Origin: a virus
Length of the DNA stretch: 64,000 bases
Direction: 5' to 3' (one strand)
Virus record (IMG/VR): IMGVR_UViG_3300025010_000005
Coordinates: 36,705 to 100,704 of that record
The position numbers were made by a program, and so were the translations under genes. The notes beneath the pieces are model-generated. The model had not been told where the DNA came from. It saw only the letters and a list, made by a program, of their open reading frames with translations, and did no database searches. Position 1 is the stretch's first letter, and every line of letters begins with the position of its first letter. Below, piece after piece: positions 27,496-37,967 of the stretch.

Positions 27496-30003
27496 ATGAA
27501 AAAAATTAATTTAACTTCAAGACAAGAAATTAAAAGCGATCAAGTAAATAAAATTCAAGATTATACAGAAGATATTTTAAAATATATTTCTCGTGACGCT
27601 CTTAATATCCAAAATGGTGTAATTAATGGATTAACTTTTTCCGTAGTTAGTGGATCTACCGGGAGTATATCTTCTGGTGCTTTGTTTTATGATGGAAAAA
27701 TCTGCGAATTGGCATCTGCGAACAACCTTGTTTTTACTTTGCCAGTTTCAGGTACAAGAATTGATACTGTTTCTGCAACTTATATTGAACAATCTGAAAC
27801 AATTTTAAGTGGTAGAGTTATGACCGATGTTACAAATAGAATCGATCAAATTCAATCTTTTGATTCAGAAAAAGTTGATAGAATTACTTTAACAATTCAT
27901 CAAAATACATTGCCAACCGCAATTCCCGCTGGAAAGTTTGCCTTGGTTGCCGTAACACTTTCTACAACTGGAATTACATATATTGATGAATCTTGTAAAA
28001 CTTTTATTAACCAAACAGATTCAATTTCAACTGGAACAATTTCTTCGACAAATTTTAATGTTAAAAATTTAATAAGTAATTCAATTAATTTAAACTCTTT
28101 TGATGTTCTTGATGAAAATCTTAATTTTTCAGAAGATATTGGATCACCTGCGAGTTTAACTAGATCTAGTGAGGCGAGTTATATGACAACAATGGGTGAA
28201 TTTACAACAGCAGCGAGTGGAATTCCCAGATTCGGGCTTCCTGGGCCGATAGCGCGGAGGAATCTAATCACAGACTCTGTTAATCCATGCTCCTCATACT
28301 GGCAAAATCGCCTTATTACGTCAGCTTCGGGAAATCAGGCACCGGATGGCAGCTTAACAGCAGTATTGATGCTAGAAACTAACACAACCGGAATACACGA
28401 AACATACCAGAGTTTGGGTGCGTTTTTGGCGGGAGGATATAGCGGAAATAGTATTTACGTAAAGCCAAATGGGCGAACCAAGGTGAAGTTGAGTTCTTTT
28501 TCAGTTGGCACATCCGCAATATTCACACTAACAGGCACTGGGTCAATAAGCTCTATTGCCAGCGGGATAACGGCTGCTATTACGCTTGTGGATTTTGGCT
28601 ATTACCGAATATCCATATCTAGCGCAACTGTAACCACGACGAACTACCTCGAATTAATGCTGCTCGATACTGATGGTAATTCCAGCTATGCGGGTGATGT
28701 TGCCAAGGGCGTTTACATTTGGGGGCCGCAGGGTGAAAAAAGCGCAAATATTACCCCCTATCAGGCCACCAATGCAACTGGCGTCGATTCCATCGAATAC
28801 GCCAAAAATCCCGGCTTAGTTCTGGAGGGGGCTGCAAGCCAATATCTCACCAATCCCGACACCCCGGCAACCCAGACGGTTTCGCTGGCGGCAGGAACCT
28901 ACACCCTGAGCATGGATGGGGCGGGGGGCGTGAGCTGTTTGTTTCCGTCCATCGTAACAGGCGATTCAAGCACATTCACGGGCGGAATCGGTGCGTGGTA
29001 TTTGGATTATCCGGCAAACGCGACCTTCGTCTCATCGGGCGGAACTGGGCTTCTCACTGTAGTTGTTGAGTCAAATCCGCGACCCATGCTCGATCTGACA
29101 ACCGAGATCGGAAAAACCTACAGAGTAGTTTATGACATTGTTTCCGTGGATGGTCCCAACGGGGTTGGAATGGGGTGTGAAGGATCATCGCTGAGATCGC
29201 AGGCTGCCGGAACGGGTAAAACGTTCGATTTTACCGCCACAGCGATAACATCAGTCCTATGGGCCATCCCCGAAAACGGCAATGTCGGTAATACGTTTGC
29301 TATTGACAATATTTCCGTTCGCGAGGTAGCATCATCCACCGGATCCACCCCCGCGACTTTCACCCTGGCCGCTCCTGCTTCGGTCGATTTCACCGTGATC
29401 GGCACCGTTTCCAAATTCAACCTGACAAATCTTCCATTTAGAAGTTCTCACATTTCTGGAGCATCAAGAGCTGCTGACATTTGTGCAACTCCTTCTGGAA
29501 CAGTTGATTTAACATGGGCGCAAAATGGTTATATTGAGTTCGATTGTATTCCTCCTACAATAAGCACGGGTAAAAACTATCCAATGTTTGGAAAAATTGG
29601 AGTTGGAACACAAACAAAAAAAGATCTTGTTTTCTGGCGTTATGGAGACGATCCAGTATACAGTTTTGCAAGTTATTTCGAAAGAGGCACAAACTCTTCA
29701 ACTGGTATTGGTGGAGTTGCAGGTAGAACAGTTCTTATGGCAACAATAAATATTTGGAATGGTGTAAAGCATAAAATTAAGTTAGAATGGTTTAATTATA
29801 TTTTAAACAATATACGTTATATGTATAACAAAATATATATCGATAATGTTTTAATTGCATCTCAAGATGTTTCTGCTTTATATAGCGCAACAGCTTGGAC
29901 AATTCCAGACAGCATTTGTCTATCAGATGGTGATGTTTTCGCAACATTATCAAATGTGATAGTTGGTACACCACAACTTCCAATTGGAGCAACGTTAGGT
30001 TAA
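27496..30003 (+). CDS. tail fiber/receptor-binding protein 1 (mosaic, with GC-rich internal modules)
   Basis: baseplate-anchor N-terminus; RNLITDS...WGPQ.E...TPY module; paralogous to next gene. Confidence 0.8.
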   Translation: MKKINLTSRQEIKSDQVNKIQDYTEDILKYISRDALNIQNGVINGLTFSVVSGSTGSISSGALFYDGKICELASANNLVFTLPVSGTRIDTVSATYIEQSETILSGRVMTDVTNRIDQIQSFDSEKVDRITLTIHQNTLPTAIPAGKFALVAVTLSTTGITYIDESCKTFINQTDSISTGTISSTNFNVKNLISNSINLNSFDVLDENLNFSEDIGSPASLTRSSEASYMTTMGEFTTAASGIPRFGLPGPIARRNLITDSVNPCSSYWQNRLITSASGNQAPDGSLTAVLMLETNTTGIHETYQSLGAFLAGGYSGNSIYVKPNGRTKVKLSSFSVGTSAIFTLTGTGSISSIASGITAAITLVDFGYYRISISSATVTTTNYLELMLLDTDGNSSYAGDVAKGVYIWGPQGEKSANITPYQATNATGVDSIEYAKNPGLVLEGAASQYLTNPDTPATQTVSLAAGTYTLSMDGAGGVSCLFPSIVTGDSSTFTGGIGAWYLDYPANATFVSSGGTGLLTVVVESNPRPMLDLTTEIGKTYRVVYDIVSVDGPNGVGMGCEGSSLRSQAAGTGKTFDFTATAITSVLWAIPENGNVGNTFAIDNISVREVASSTGSTPATFTLAAPASVDFTVIGTVSKFNLTNLPFRSSHISGASRAADICATPSGTVDLTWAQNGYIEFDCIPPTISTGKNYPMFGKIGVGTQTKKDLVFWRYGDDPVYSFASYFERGTNSSTGIGGVAGRTVLMATINIWNGVKHKIKLEWFNYILNNIRYMYNKIYIDNVLIASQDVSALYSATAWTIPDSICLSDGDVFATLSNVIVGTPQLPIGATLG

Positions 30004-30010
30004 AACGAAA

Positions 30011-30064
30011 CCCCTCGAAAGAGGGGTTTTTCCATTATATGAATGTATAATAATTTTTGATGTT
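30011..30064 (+). repeat. 54-bp direct repeat copy 2
   Basis: identical to 25698-25751. Confidence 0.9.
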
Positions 30065-30087
30065 TTACAATCAAGAGCGAGGCAATA

Positions 30088-32100
30088 ATGAAAAAGTATT
30101 ATTTATTTTCAAACAAAGAATTTAAGGCAACAGATTTAAGTAAAATAAATGATTCTGTTGAAACTGGATTAAAACAATATTCTGATTTAGTATTAATGAA
30201 CAGTAATGGAATTATTTATGGACTCAATATTACTCAAAATTCAAGTGGTTCAATTACAATTTCTTCTGGTGCTGTTTTATATGATGGCATTTTCGGAATG
30301 ATTGAATCAACTGGTAGAGTTATTAATCTTACTGTTCCTACAAGTGGATCTCAGATTTACACAATTAGCGTTTCATATCTTGAAACTTTAGATACTGCTG
30401 TTTCGGGATATACTTCTGTACTTGTTACAGATAAAAATAGAACAAAAATTACTATGGATTCAAGTACCAGAAGATTTGGTTCACTTTCGTCTTTTGTTAG
30501 AACATCAGAAGTTGTTGCTGATGGTGAATATGTTTTAGCTTCTGTAACTTTAACATCTGGTGGAATTGCAAAAATTGATGGATCAAATCGACAATACTCG
30601 AAACCTAATTTTGATAGATTAAATTTGCAATCACAAACATCTTTCAAAATTGAAACAAATCAATCAATAATTACGTCAATTTTAACTGATACAATTCAGG
30701 CTGAAAATATTGAGTTGATTGATTCTGTTGGAAACTTTTCATATGATAATTCATATGGTTTGTTATTTAATAGAAACAGTGTTGCGCCGTCTGGAAATGT
30801 TTCTGCGCCTGAACATACTCCAAGAATTATTAATAATGGTATTTGTTTTGAACCTGAATATACAAATTTTCTTTTAAATTCAGATACTCCAATTTCTCAA
30901 TCAATTACTTTGGTTGCAGGAACTTACACATTCAATATGGTTGGCGAAGGATCTGTTGAATTGCGCGGTTCTGTTGACGGATATATTTCTACAGTATCAA
31001 ACTCTGGAATGATCACTTTTAAATTAAATTCTACTAATATTGTTTCGTTTACAATTGACGGTGTTGTTACAAAATTTAGTTGCACAGATACGGCATCAAT
31101 GGTAACATATTTACCAATTTTATCACAAATAGTAACAAAGAAAAGAGAAAATTGTCAAATTTATTACCCGCAAAATGAGTTAAAATATTCTGCAGAATTA
31201 CAAAAACCGATTTGGGAATCGAGTGGGATTGTTGTTGATTATAATGGAGATTATACTTCTACAATTAATACAACACTAACTTCTGGTTATATTTCAAATA
31301 ATGCACAATGTTTTACTGACGCAACAAGAACTTTCTTTGTCAAACTAAAAGGTGGAACTTTTGTTGGTGTCATTAAAATTCAATTACTTTCTATCGATGG
31401 AAATACTTTAAAAGCGGAAACAATAATTAATACAACCGAATTATCCAATACAGAATATAAAACATTTACTGTTAGTTCAGCAAACGATGGTAATGATTTA
31501 AGATGTAGAATTTATTATATTATGTCAACTGATGGACATTTCTTTGTTGGAAAAACCGCTTTAACTCAAGGAATACTAACTGATTTTGAACTAACAAATT
31601 CTGTTGCCGTTCATAAAAGTTCAACTCTTCAATTTCCAGATGATGTTGAACAAAACGGATTCATTGAATTTGATTCGATTTTACCTTCCATTTCAAATGG
31701 AAAAACTTATTATATTTTCGGAAATCAATATTTGGGATTATATAGAAATTCCACAACACCAATTTCCAGTAATATTATATCGTTTGTTAATTCAAATAAT
31801 GGAAATGGGAGTGAAATAAATTCATTCGATTGTGGAAATATTTGGGATGGACTAAAACATTCATTTAAAATTGAATGGAGAAATTATACTCTTAATGGAT
31901 TAAGATATATGCAAAAACTTGTTTATATTGATGACGTTTTAAAATATTGTACAGATGTTTCCTCAATTTCTAATGCAACACTTTGGAGTCCTAAAGTTGC
32001 TTTATCAATTTCAGACGGTGATGTATTTGGAACAATTAGCAATGTTAAATTCGGATTTCCAAGTTTACCAGAGGGTTCAGTTGCACAAATTCACGTTTAG
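30088..32100 (+). CDS. tail fiber/receptor-binding protein 2
   Basis: shares N-terminal, DTP..Q...L.AGTYT and QNG.IEFD...SDGDVF blocks with 27496-30003. Confidence 0.8.
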   Translation: MKKYYLFSNKEFKATDLSKINDSVETGLKQYSDLVLMNSNGIIYGLNITQNSSGSITISSGAVLYDGIFGMIESTGRVINLTVPTSGSQIYTISVSYLETLDTAVSGYTSVLVTDKNRTKITMDSSTRRFGSLSSFVRTSEVVADGEYVLASVTLTSGGIAKIDGSNRQYSKPNFDRLNLQSQTSFKIETNQSIITSILTDTIQAENIELIDSVGNFSYDNSYGLLFNRNSVAPSGNVSAPEHTPRIINNGICFEPEYTNFLLNSDTPISQSITLVAGTYTFNMVGEGSVELRGSVDGYISTVSNSGMITFKLNSTNIVSFTIDGVVTKFSCTDTASMVTYLPILSQIVTKKRENCQIYYPQNELKYSAELQKPIWESSGIVVDYNGDYTSTINTTLTSGYISNNAQCFTDATRTFFVKLKGGTFVGVIKIQLLSIDGNTLKAETIINTTELSNTEYKTFTVSSANDGNDLRCRIYYIMSTDGHFFVGKTALTQGILTDFELTNSVAVHKSSTLQFPDDVEQNGFIEFDSILPSISNGKTYYIFGNQYLGLYRNSTTPISSNIISFVNSNNGNGSEINSFDCGNIWDGLKHSFKIEWRNYTLNGLRYMQKLVYIDDVLKYCTDVSSISNATLWSPKVALSISDGDVFGTISNVKFGFPSLPEGSVAQIHV

Positions 32101-32146
32101 GTTTATAAAGTAATTTTTGATACTTTAAAATGAAGGAGAAACAAAC

Positions 32147-34534
32147 ATGTCTTTTAATGGCAGTTTTTGGGGTCTTACAGAAGGACTCCGCCCAAAACAT
32201 ATTAACTCTGTTGTAAATTATCTAAAAAATCTATCTTTGGGTATTGAAATTCTAAAACTTCAAACGCTTAATACTTATGATATTAATGCGGAATACATTA
32301 CTTTGCTTAATACTCCAACAGCAACAGGTCACGTTGTTCACAAGGGATATATTGATGGACTTATTGCCGGTATTGCCACTGGTGCAACATCATGGGCTTC
32401 TGGTGGTGTAGGAAATGATATTAAAAATACAAACTCTGGAATGGTTTGGTTAGGTAGAGCAACTGATAATACTTCTGGAGCAAAACTTCAAGTTGCTGGC
32501 AAAGGTTATTTCGAAGACAATTTGATGGTAGGAAACTCTTCTGGTGTTACCAAATTCGTTGTAACTGTTGGAGGAAATACAACTGTTGGTGGTTGGCTTG
32601 GCGTAACAGATATTTCAAATTTAAATGGTGGTATTGCTGTAGACACAAACAAATTTACAGTTTCTTCTGGTGGTAATGTCGGAATTGCCGGTTCACTTTC
32701 TGCTTCTGGAGCAATTACTTTTGGTTCAAATCTTGGTGTTACCGGCATTTCAACCTTAAGCGGTCTTTTAAATGCCAATGGTGGAATTGCTATCGGAACA
32801 GATAAATTTACTGTATCAAATCTTGGTGTTACAAATGTTGGCGGAAAATTAACAACTGTTGCTTCTGCTGCCGTTGCTGGTGCTGGATTTAATATTCCAC
32901 CTGGAATTGTACCAGATACTCCTATAAACGGCGATATTTGGTCAACAACTTCTGGTGTTTTTGCAAGGGTTAACGGTGCGACAATTCAGTTTGGTGATGC
33001 TTCTGCTAACGGAACTGTAACAAGCGGTTCAATTACTTCTTTACCTACGGGTATTACTGGAAGTATTGCAAATCCAACAACTACTCCAGCTTTAACACTT
33101 TCATGGGCAACAACTGGAATGACAAATTATAACGTTCTTCAAGTTAATGGCTCTGGTGCTGCTTCATTTGCAGCACTAGCAAACAGTCATCTTCCGGTTG
33201 TTGACGCTCAACATGGTGGAACTGGACAAAGCGTTTATGCAATTGGTGATATTTTATATGCAAATAGTACAACAACACTTACTAAGTTAGCAAAACCACT
33301 TGTTAATACAAACAACTCAACAAAATCTTATGTTTTAGGTTTTAATGCAAATGCGCCAGTTTATACATATGGACCTAGTAAACAATCAATTGTTATAGCA
33401 ACATCAAATTCACCATCAGAATATAAAGCTACAGCAGATTTTTTGTGTACAGGAACAAACGATCAACTTGGAATTAACGCGATGATTTCTATTGCCAATG
33501 GTGCAAATATATTGTTATCGCCTGGAACTTATAACATTAGTGCTAGTATTATGATGTATGGTAGTGTTAAACTACAAGGTCACGGTGATTTAACAAAAAT
33601 TGCAACTACATCAACAATAGATATGGTTGTGTGTCAATCATCAACTTATTCAGCAAATGATTGTGTTATTTCTGATATTCATTTCATTAACACATCTTCT
33701 TATGCAACTTCCGCAATTAAGTGTGTTGGTGTTACCAATATTCTTATTGAAAGATGTAAATTTGAGAATTTAACAAAAGTAGATTGTTCTGCTATTTTGT
33801 TTGACACGACATTCAATTCAAAAATTATAAATAATTATTTTACTAATATTGGATCAACTGGAACTACAACTGCTTCTGCAATCTCTTTGACAAACGGCGG
33901 AAACAACAATATCATTTCAAATAACAAAATTAAAGTTGTTTATGGTTGGTCGATTTATTTAAGTGATTCGCATAAAAATAATATAGTTTCAAATAATATT
34001 ACTGAATGTTATGGTATTGGAATTTGTTTAAGCACCACATCTGCGTATAATATATTAGAATCGAATTATATTAATATAATTGGAGCACTTGATGGAATTT
34101 CTTCAGGAACTGGTGATGGAAATATTATAAATGGAAATAACATTATAAAAACATCACCTGGAGTTGGCGGAAGTGGAATATCGTTAAATGGTATTGCTGG
34201 TACAGATTATTCAAACGAAAATATAATTACCTCAAATCGTATATTTGGGTTCGAAACCGGAATAAAATTATATTATTCTAATTATATTATAATTAATTCA
34301 AACAAAATAACATCAACAACAGGACCTTGTATTTATGGTACTTATTCCACAGCAAATATTGTTACATCAAATAATACAAATACAAGTACTGGAATAGGAT
34401 TTAATGATATTATATTGAGTGCTGGTTGTGATTATAATTTTATTGGATCTAATATTTATAATGTTGGCATAACAGCAGACGGAGAAAATAGTTCTACAAC
34501 AGCTTATATTTCTGCAAACAATATATTAATTTAA
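32147..34534 (+). CDS. tail spike with right-handed beta-helix (pectin lyase-like) domain
   Basis: Gly-rich repeats, ADFLCTGTNDQ..IN, LSPGTY, many I..N.I beta-helix repeats. Confidence 0.85.
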   Translation: MSFNGSFWGLTEGLRPKHINSVVNYLKNLSLGIEILKLQTLNTYDINAEYITLLNTPTATGHVVHKGYIDGLIAGIATGATSWASGGVGNDIKNTNSGMVWLGRATDNTSGAKLQVAGKGYFEDNLMVGNSSGVTKFVVTVGGNTTVGGWLGVTDISNLNGGIAVDTNKFTVSSGGNVGIAGSLSASGAITFGSNLGVTGISTLSGLLNANGGIAIGTDKFTVSNLGVTNVGGKLTTVASAAVAGAGFNIPPGIVPDTPINGDIWSTTSGVFARVNGATIQFGDASANGTVTSGSITSLPTGITGSIANPTTTPALTLSWATTGMTNYNVLQVNGSGAASFAALANSHLPVVDAQHGGTGQSVYAIGDILYANSTTTLTKLAKPLVNTNNSTKSYVLGFNANAPVYTYGPSKQSIVIATSNSPSEYKATADFLCTGTNDQLGINAMISIANGANILLSPGTYNISASIMMYGSVKLQGHGDLTKIATTSTIDMVVCQSSTYSANDCVISDIHFINTSSYATSAIKCVGVTNILIERCKFENLTKVDCSAILFDTTFNSKIINNYFTNIGSTGTTTASAISLTNGGNNNIISNNKIKVVYGWSIYLSDSHKNNIVSNNITECYGIGICLSTTSAYNILESNYINIIGALDGISSGTGDGNIINGNNIIKTSPGVGGSGISLNGIAGTDYSNENIITSNRIFGFETGIKLYYSNYIIINSNKITSTTGPCIYGTYSTANIVTSNNTNTSTGIGFNDIILSAGCDYNFIGSNIYNVGITADGENSSTTAYISANNILI

Positions 34535-34548
34535 GAAAGAAATAATAT

Positions 34549-35250
34549 ATGAATTTAGAAGAGAAAATAATAAAATTAACGTCATCATTTGAGGGTTCAG
34601 GATTTAACACATTAACAGGCAATTTTGATGGAGCTGGAATAAGTTTTGGAATTATTCAATTCAATTTTGGAATGGGAACACTTCAACCTTTGATTAGAGA
34701 GTTTTATAAACAAGGGCCGGGAACATTTAGAAGATTATGTACAATCAATGGTAAAAGTTATAGTCATGATCTTTTGGTTGTATGTGAAAAAAATATGCCA
34801 AATCAAATTGGGCTTAATTGGTCTAAAACAATTCAAAAGAAAAATCTTTTGGGTAAATGGAAGATTAATCCTGAATGGGTTCAAATCTTTACTAACCTAG
34901 CTAGTAATGAAGTTTATAAACATATTCAATTAAAATTTGTCGAAGACAATTATATGGCTAGAGCGAAAAAAGATTGTAAAAAGTTTGGTATTTTAACAGA
35001 AAGGGCTTTGTCTTTATTCTTTGATATTGCAGTTCAAAATGGAGGTTTTAAACCATATCACAAACTATTGATGAAAGAACACACACTTGCTGAAGTTGCA
35101 AAAGCGGTAGCACAAAAATCAAATATTAAATGGCAAAAAGATGTTCTCGATAGAAAAATGTGCATTGTAAATGGATATGGTTTTGTTCATGGAAGACAAT
35201 ATATTATAAACGTTCAATATCAAATTGGTGATAGACCCATTTCATTGTAA
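34549..35250 (+). CDS. endolysin (lysozyme-like peptidoglycan hydrolase)
   Basis: FEG...GNFDGAGISFGIIQFN and FDIAVQNG motifs; next to holin-like genes. Confidence 0.75.
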   Translation: MNLEEKIIKLTSSFEGSGFNTLTGNFDGAGISFGIIQFNFGMGTLQPLIREFYKQGPGTFRRLCTINGKSYSHDLLVVCEKNMPNQIGLNWSKTIQKKNLLGKWKINPEWVQIFTNLASNEVYKHIQLKFVEDNYMARAKKDCKKFGILTERALSLFFDIAVQNGGFKPYHKLLMKEHTLAEVAKAVAQKSNIKWQKDVLDRKMCIVNGYGFVHGRQYIINVQYQIGDRPISL

Positions 35251-35283
35251 AATAATTCTTGTTATAATGTAAAATGAAAAGAG

Positions 35284-35667
35284 GTGATTATGGTCGGGGA
35301 CATTTATGTAGACACCAAAGTATTATATGACTACATCGACCAGAGGATGAAAATCACCGAAGGAATGATTAAGGAATATAGAGAAGACACAGTAGAACAT
35401 ATTTTAAGACTTGAAGAAAAGGTTGACAATTCAATTAAAACTATTTATGACACAAAGGAAAAAGGAGTTGTAAATAGAATTTTTATTGATTCTTTAACCA
35501 AAGATGTTAACGAAATAAAAGCAAATGTTACCGTAGCAAAAATAGAATTGATTAAAGCAGTTGTCCCGAAACTCTTACTTGGCGTTACAATTTATGGGTT
35601 GGGTTTAATATCGTCTGCTTCTGGTATGCATCTTAATGTTGGCGATATTGTTAGTATGTTTAAATAA
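35284..35667 (+). CDS. lysis-cassette membrane protein (coiled coil plus C-terminal TM)
   Basis: coiled coil then hydrophobic LLLGVTIYGLGLI. Confidence 0.65.
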   Translation: MIMVGDIYVDTKVLYDYIDQRMKITEGMIKEYREDTVEHILRLEEKVDNSIKTIYDTKEKGVVNRIFIDSLTKDVNEIKANVTVAKIELIKAVVPKLLLGVTIYGLGLISSASGMHLNVGDIVSMFK

Positions 35668-35679
35668 TAGGAGAATAAA

Positions 35680-36009
35680 ATGCAAGATATTCTTAATCTA
35701 GTTTCCGCTCATTGGGAAGTTATCGTTCTTATCCTTACCTCTTGTACTGTTTTGTTTAATGCACTTCAGAAGAAAGCATATGGCGAGTTTGTTAAAGAAG
35801 CACTTGTTATGGTTAAAAAAGTTGCTGTGATGGAACTTTCAAATGTTGAAAAAAGGGATGCAGTAATTGACTCTGTTTATATTTCTGTTCCTTCATGGGT
35901 TAGTTCGATCATTACAAGAGATCAAGCAAAACTTTTAGTTGAACAAGCTTATCAAGTTTTAAAGGTTGATTTAAAGGATGAAGAGTTAAAAAAAACACGA
36001 GCCGTATAA
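35680..36009 (+). CDS. holin (single N-terminal TM, LL-H-like)
   Basis: N-terminal TM; SNVEKRDAVI and LVEQAY patterns. Confidence 0.7.
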   Translation: MQDILNLVSAHWEVIVLILTSCTVLFNALQKKAYGEFVKEALVMVKKVAVMELSNVEKRDAVIDSVYISVPSWVSSIITRDQAKLLVEQAYQVLKVDLKDEELKKTRAV

Positions 36010-36149
36010 ACTTTGATGATGTGGTTTTAAACGCGGCAAAAGAATTCTTAAAAGACAAAATCATCGACGTAACAAGCGGAGTTGTAACTGATATAGACAT
36101 TCAAGAAGGTAGTGTTCACTGGTTCGTAGAAATTAAAAGTCCGTACATT

Positions 36150-36180
36150 AAAAAGCCCCTCGAATGAGGGGCTTTTCTTT
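36150..36180. terminator. bidirectional terminator between convergent arms
   Basis: AAAAAGCCCCTC-gaat-GAGGGGCTTTT. Confidence 0.85.
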
Positions 36181-36626
36181 TATTTAATTGCTTTACCTTT
36201 GAAAATTACATGACAAATATGGTCTCCACCCATTGGTGTTGTTCGCCAATCAATTGCTTCAAACAAAGCTTTAATTCCATATAAATCTCTGCATGGGCCA
36301 GCCATGTAATATCTAAATGATACTTCGTTCCAGAAAGCATAATGTGTAGGATCACAATCTCCGCCCCTTCCATCCGTTGAAGGAGTAAATGTATCAATGA
36401 TTCCATTTGGTTTTAGGATTCGATAAATTTCTTCCATAATATGAATACGCTTGTCGTTGTGAAGGTGTTCAAGAAAATCAGAAGCTTTTACTTCATCGAA
36501 AGTATTATCTTCAAATGGAAGTCTTTCATTGCAATCTGCAACAACATCAACTCCTGGAAGTTGCCTATTATCAAGATTTACATATCCTTCGATGGGACGG
36601 TATCCACAACCTAAATTTAATTTCAC
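36180..36626 (-). CDS. class I SAM-dependent methyltransferase (Methyltransf_11-like)
   Basis: LNLGCG, LPFEDNTFD, FLEH, EIYRILKPNG, DPTH. Confidence 0.9.
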   Translation of the reverse strand: MKLNLGCGYRPIEGYVNLDNRQLPGVDVVADCNERLPFEDNTFDEVKASDFLEHLHNDKRIHIMEEIYRILKPNGIIDTFTPSTDGRGGDCDPTHYAFWNEVSFRYYMAGPCRDLYGIKALFEAIDWRTTPMGGDHICHVIFKGKAIK

Positions 36627-37273
36627 TTATAAATCTCCTTACACGCTAACCTTGCAGAATTATATTTTTCGGCATTAAACCTTGGATTAACAACATGCAT
36701 TGCCCAAGGATTTTCCTGTTTTGGAACGACTATTTTCAATCCTTTCTTTTGAAATTCTTTGCATTGAGAAACGTCATAGAAATCGAATCCCTTAATTTGT
36801 TCATTCCAATCAATATCATATTGAGTTATCATCATTAATCCATCAATTGATTCAACTTCTTCATAATCACCATTTGGTTGTTCGAAAATAAGATTATTCA
36901 AAGAACCTCTATGTTCTGTAACTTTACCGTAACACTCGCCCTCCCACCAAGTATAATTTCCTGGCAATTTTTTACAACCACACATTCCAATCATACCGAT
37001 TGTTTCGTCTTCAAATATTTTAAAAATATCATAAATAAAATTCTTGTTTAAAATTCCAACATCTTGATGTAGATAAATTTTATATTTTGCGTCCGACTCT
37101 TTCATTAAAATATTATAAGCTTTTGTTATATCTTGAACATTTTCTGCTGTTAAAAGATTTGTATAAAATCCGTTAGGAGTATTTAATCGTTGTAAAGATT
37201 TTGCCGATTCTTCTAATAACAACCTATTATTTGTACAACATAAAAAATCAATCTTATTTAGATTCATCTTCAA
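36623..37273 (-). CDS. GT-A glycosyltransferase (Glyco_tranf_2_5-like)
   Basis: AYN, YLHQDV, IGMIG, IDGLMM, FDFYDVSQC. Confidence 0.85.
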   Translation of the reverse strand: MKMNLNKIDFLCCTNNRLLLEESAKSLQRLNTPNGFYTNLLTAENVQDITKAYNILMKESDAKYKIYLHQDVGILNKNFIYDIFKIFEDETIGMIGMCGCKKLPGNYTWWEGECYGKVTEHRGSLNNLIFEQPNGDYEEVESIDGLMMITQYDIDWNEQIKGFDFYDVSQCKEFQKKGLKIVVPKQENPWAMHVVNPRFNAEKYNSARLACKEIYK

Positions 37274-37967
37274 TTAACTTTCTGTATGCTTCTGCTGAAC
37301 CAGCGGTGTATTCATTAATCTTGTTTGGAACACTAAAAAGAGTTTTACTTGTTAAATGAGTTACTTTGCTTTCTGTTACCAAGGCATGTTTCATTCCAAG
37401 TTGTTGCATTTTATTTGCAATCCAATTATCCGCGCTCCAAAAAATCAATTCCTCTGGTAATGGGAATATTTTATCAATTGCGTCTCTGGTAAATGTTAAA
37501 CACCATCCAGCAAAACTTCCTCCAACATCAAATCCTTCGTAAACACTTTGTGGTTCCATATGTTTGTGCAAAAACCAACCTGGACTTAAAGGTGAGATTG
37601 AATCATATTTCATCAATTCAAACGATTTTAATTGTTCTGAAAACCATCCTTTGTGGAAAATTAAATCGTTATTCACCAAAACAACGTAATCATATTGTTT
37701 GTGTTTAAAATAAATTTCTTCATATGCAATTTTTAACATTCCTATATTGTTATATTTTGAATAATTAAATTCATCTTTGATTATTGGATAATATATAACA
37801 TTTTCATAACTCATTGGTTTTTCTAGCATATTATAATTTGATTCAATTAGAAATACATCAAATTCGTGTTCTGTTTCACTGTCATGTAAAGAATTGATTG
37901 CATTCTGGGTCATTTGTTTTAAATCATTGTTTAGTGTATTACAAAGAATTATTACAGCGATATTCAT
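37254..37967 (-). CDS. family 2 glycosyltransferase
   Basis: FNYSKYNNIG, VLVNNDL, WSAD, VTH. Confidence 0.85.
   Translation of the reverse strand: MNIAVIILCNTLNNDLKQMTQNAINSLHDSETEHEFDVFLIESNYNMLEKPMSYENVIYYPIIKDEFNYSKYNNIGMLKIAYEEIYFKHKQYDYVVLVNNDLIFHKGWFSEQLKSFELMKYDSISPLSPGWFLHKHMEPQSVYEGFDVGGSFAGWCLTFTRDAIDKIFPLPEELIFWSADNWIANKMQQLGMKHALVTESKVTHLTSKTLFSVPNKINEYTAGSAEAYRKLIEDESK

Noticed and set aside
27496-32100. Diversity-generating retroelement acting on the paired fibers
   Set aside because: Similarity is at protein level only, with no adenine-specific template/variable repeat pair and no reverse transcriptase in the window.
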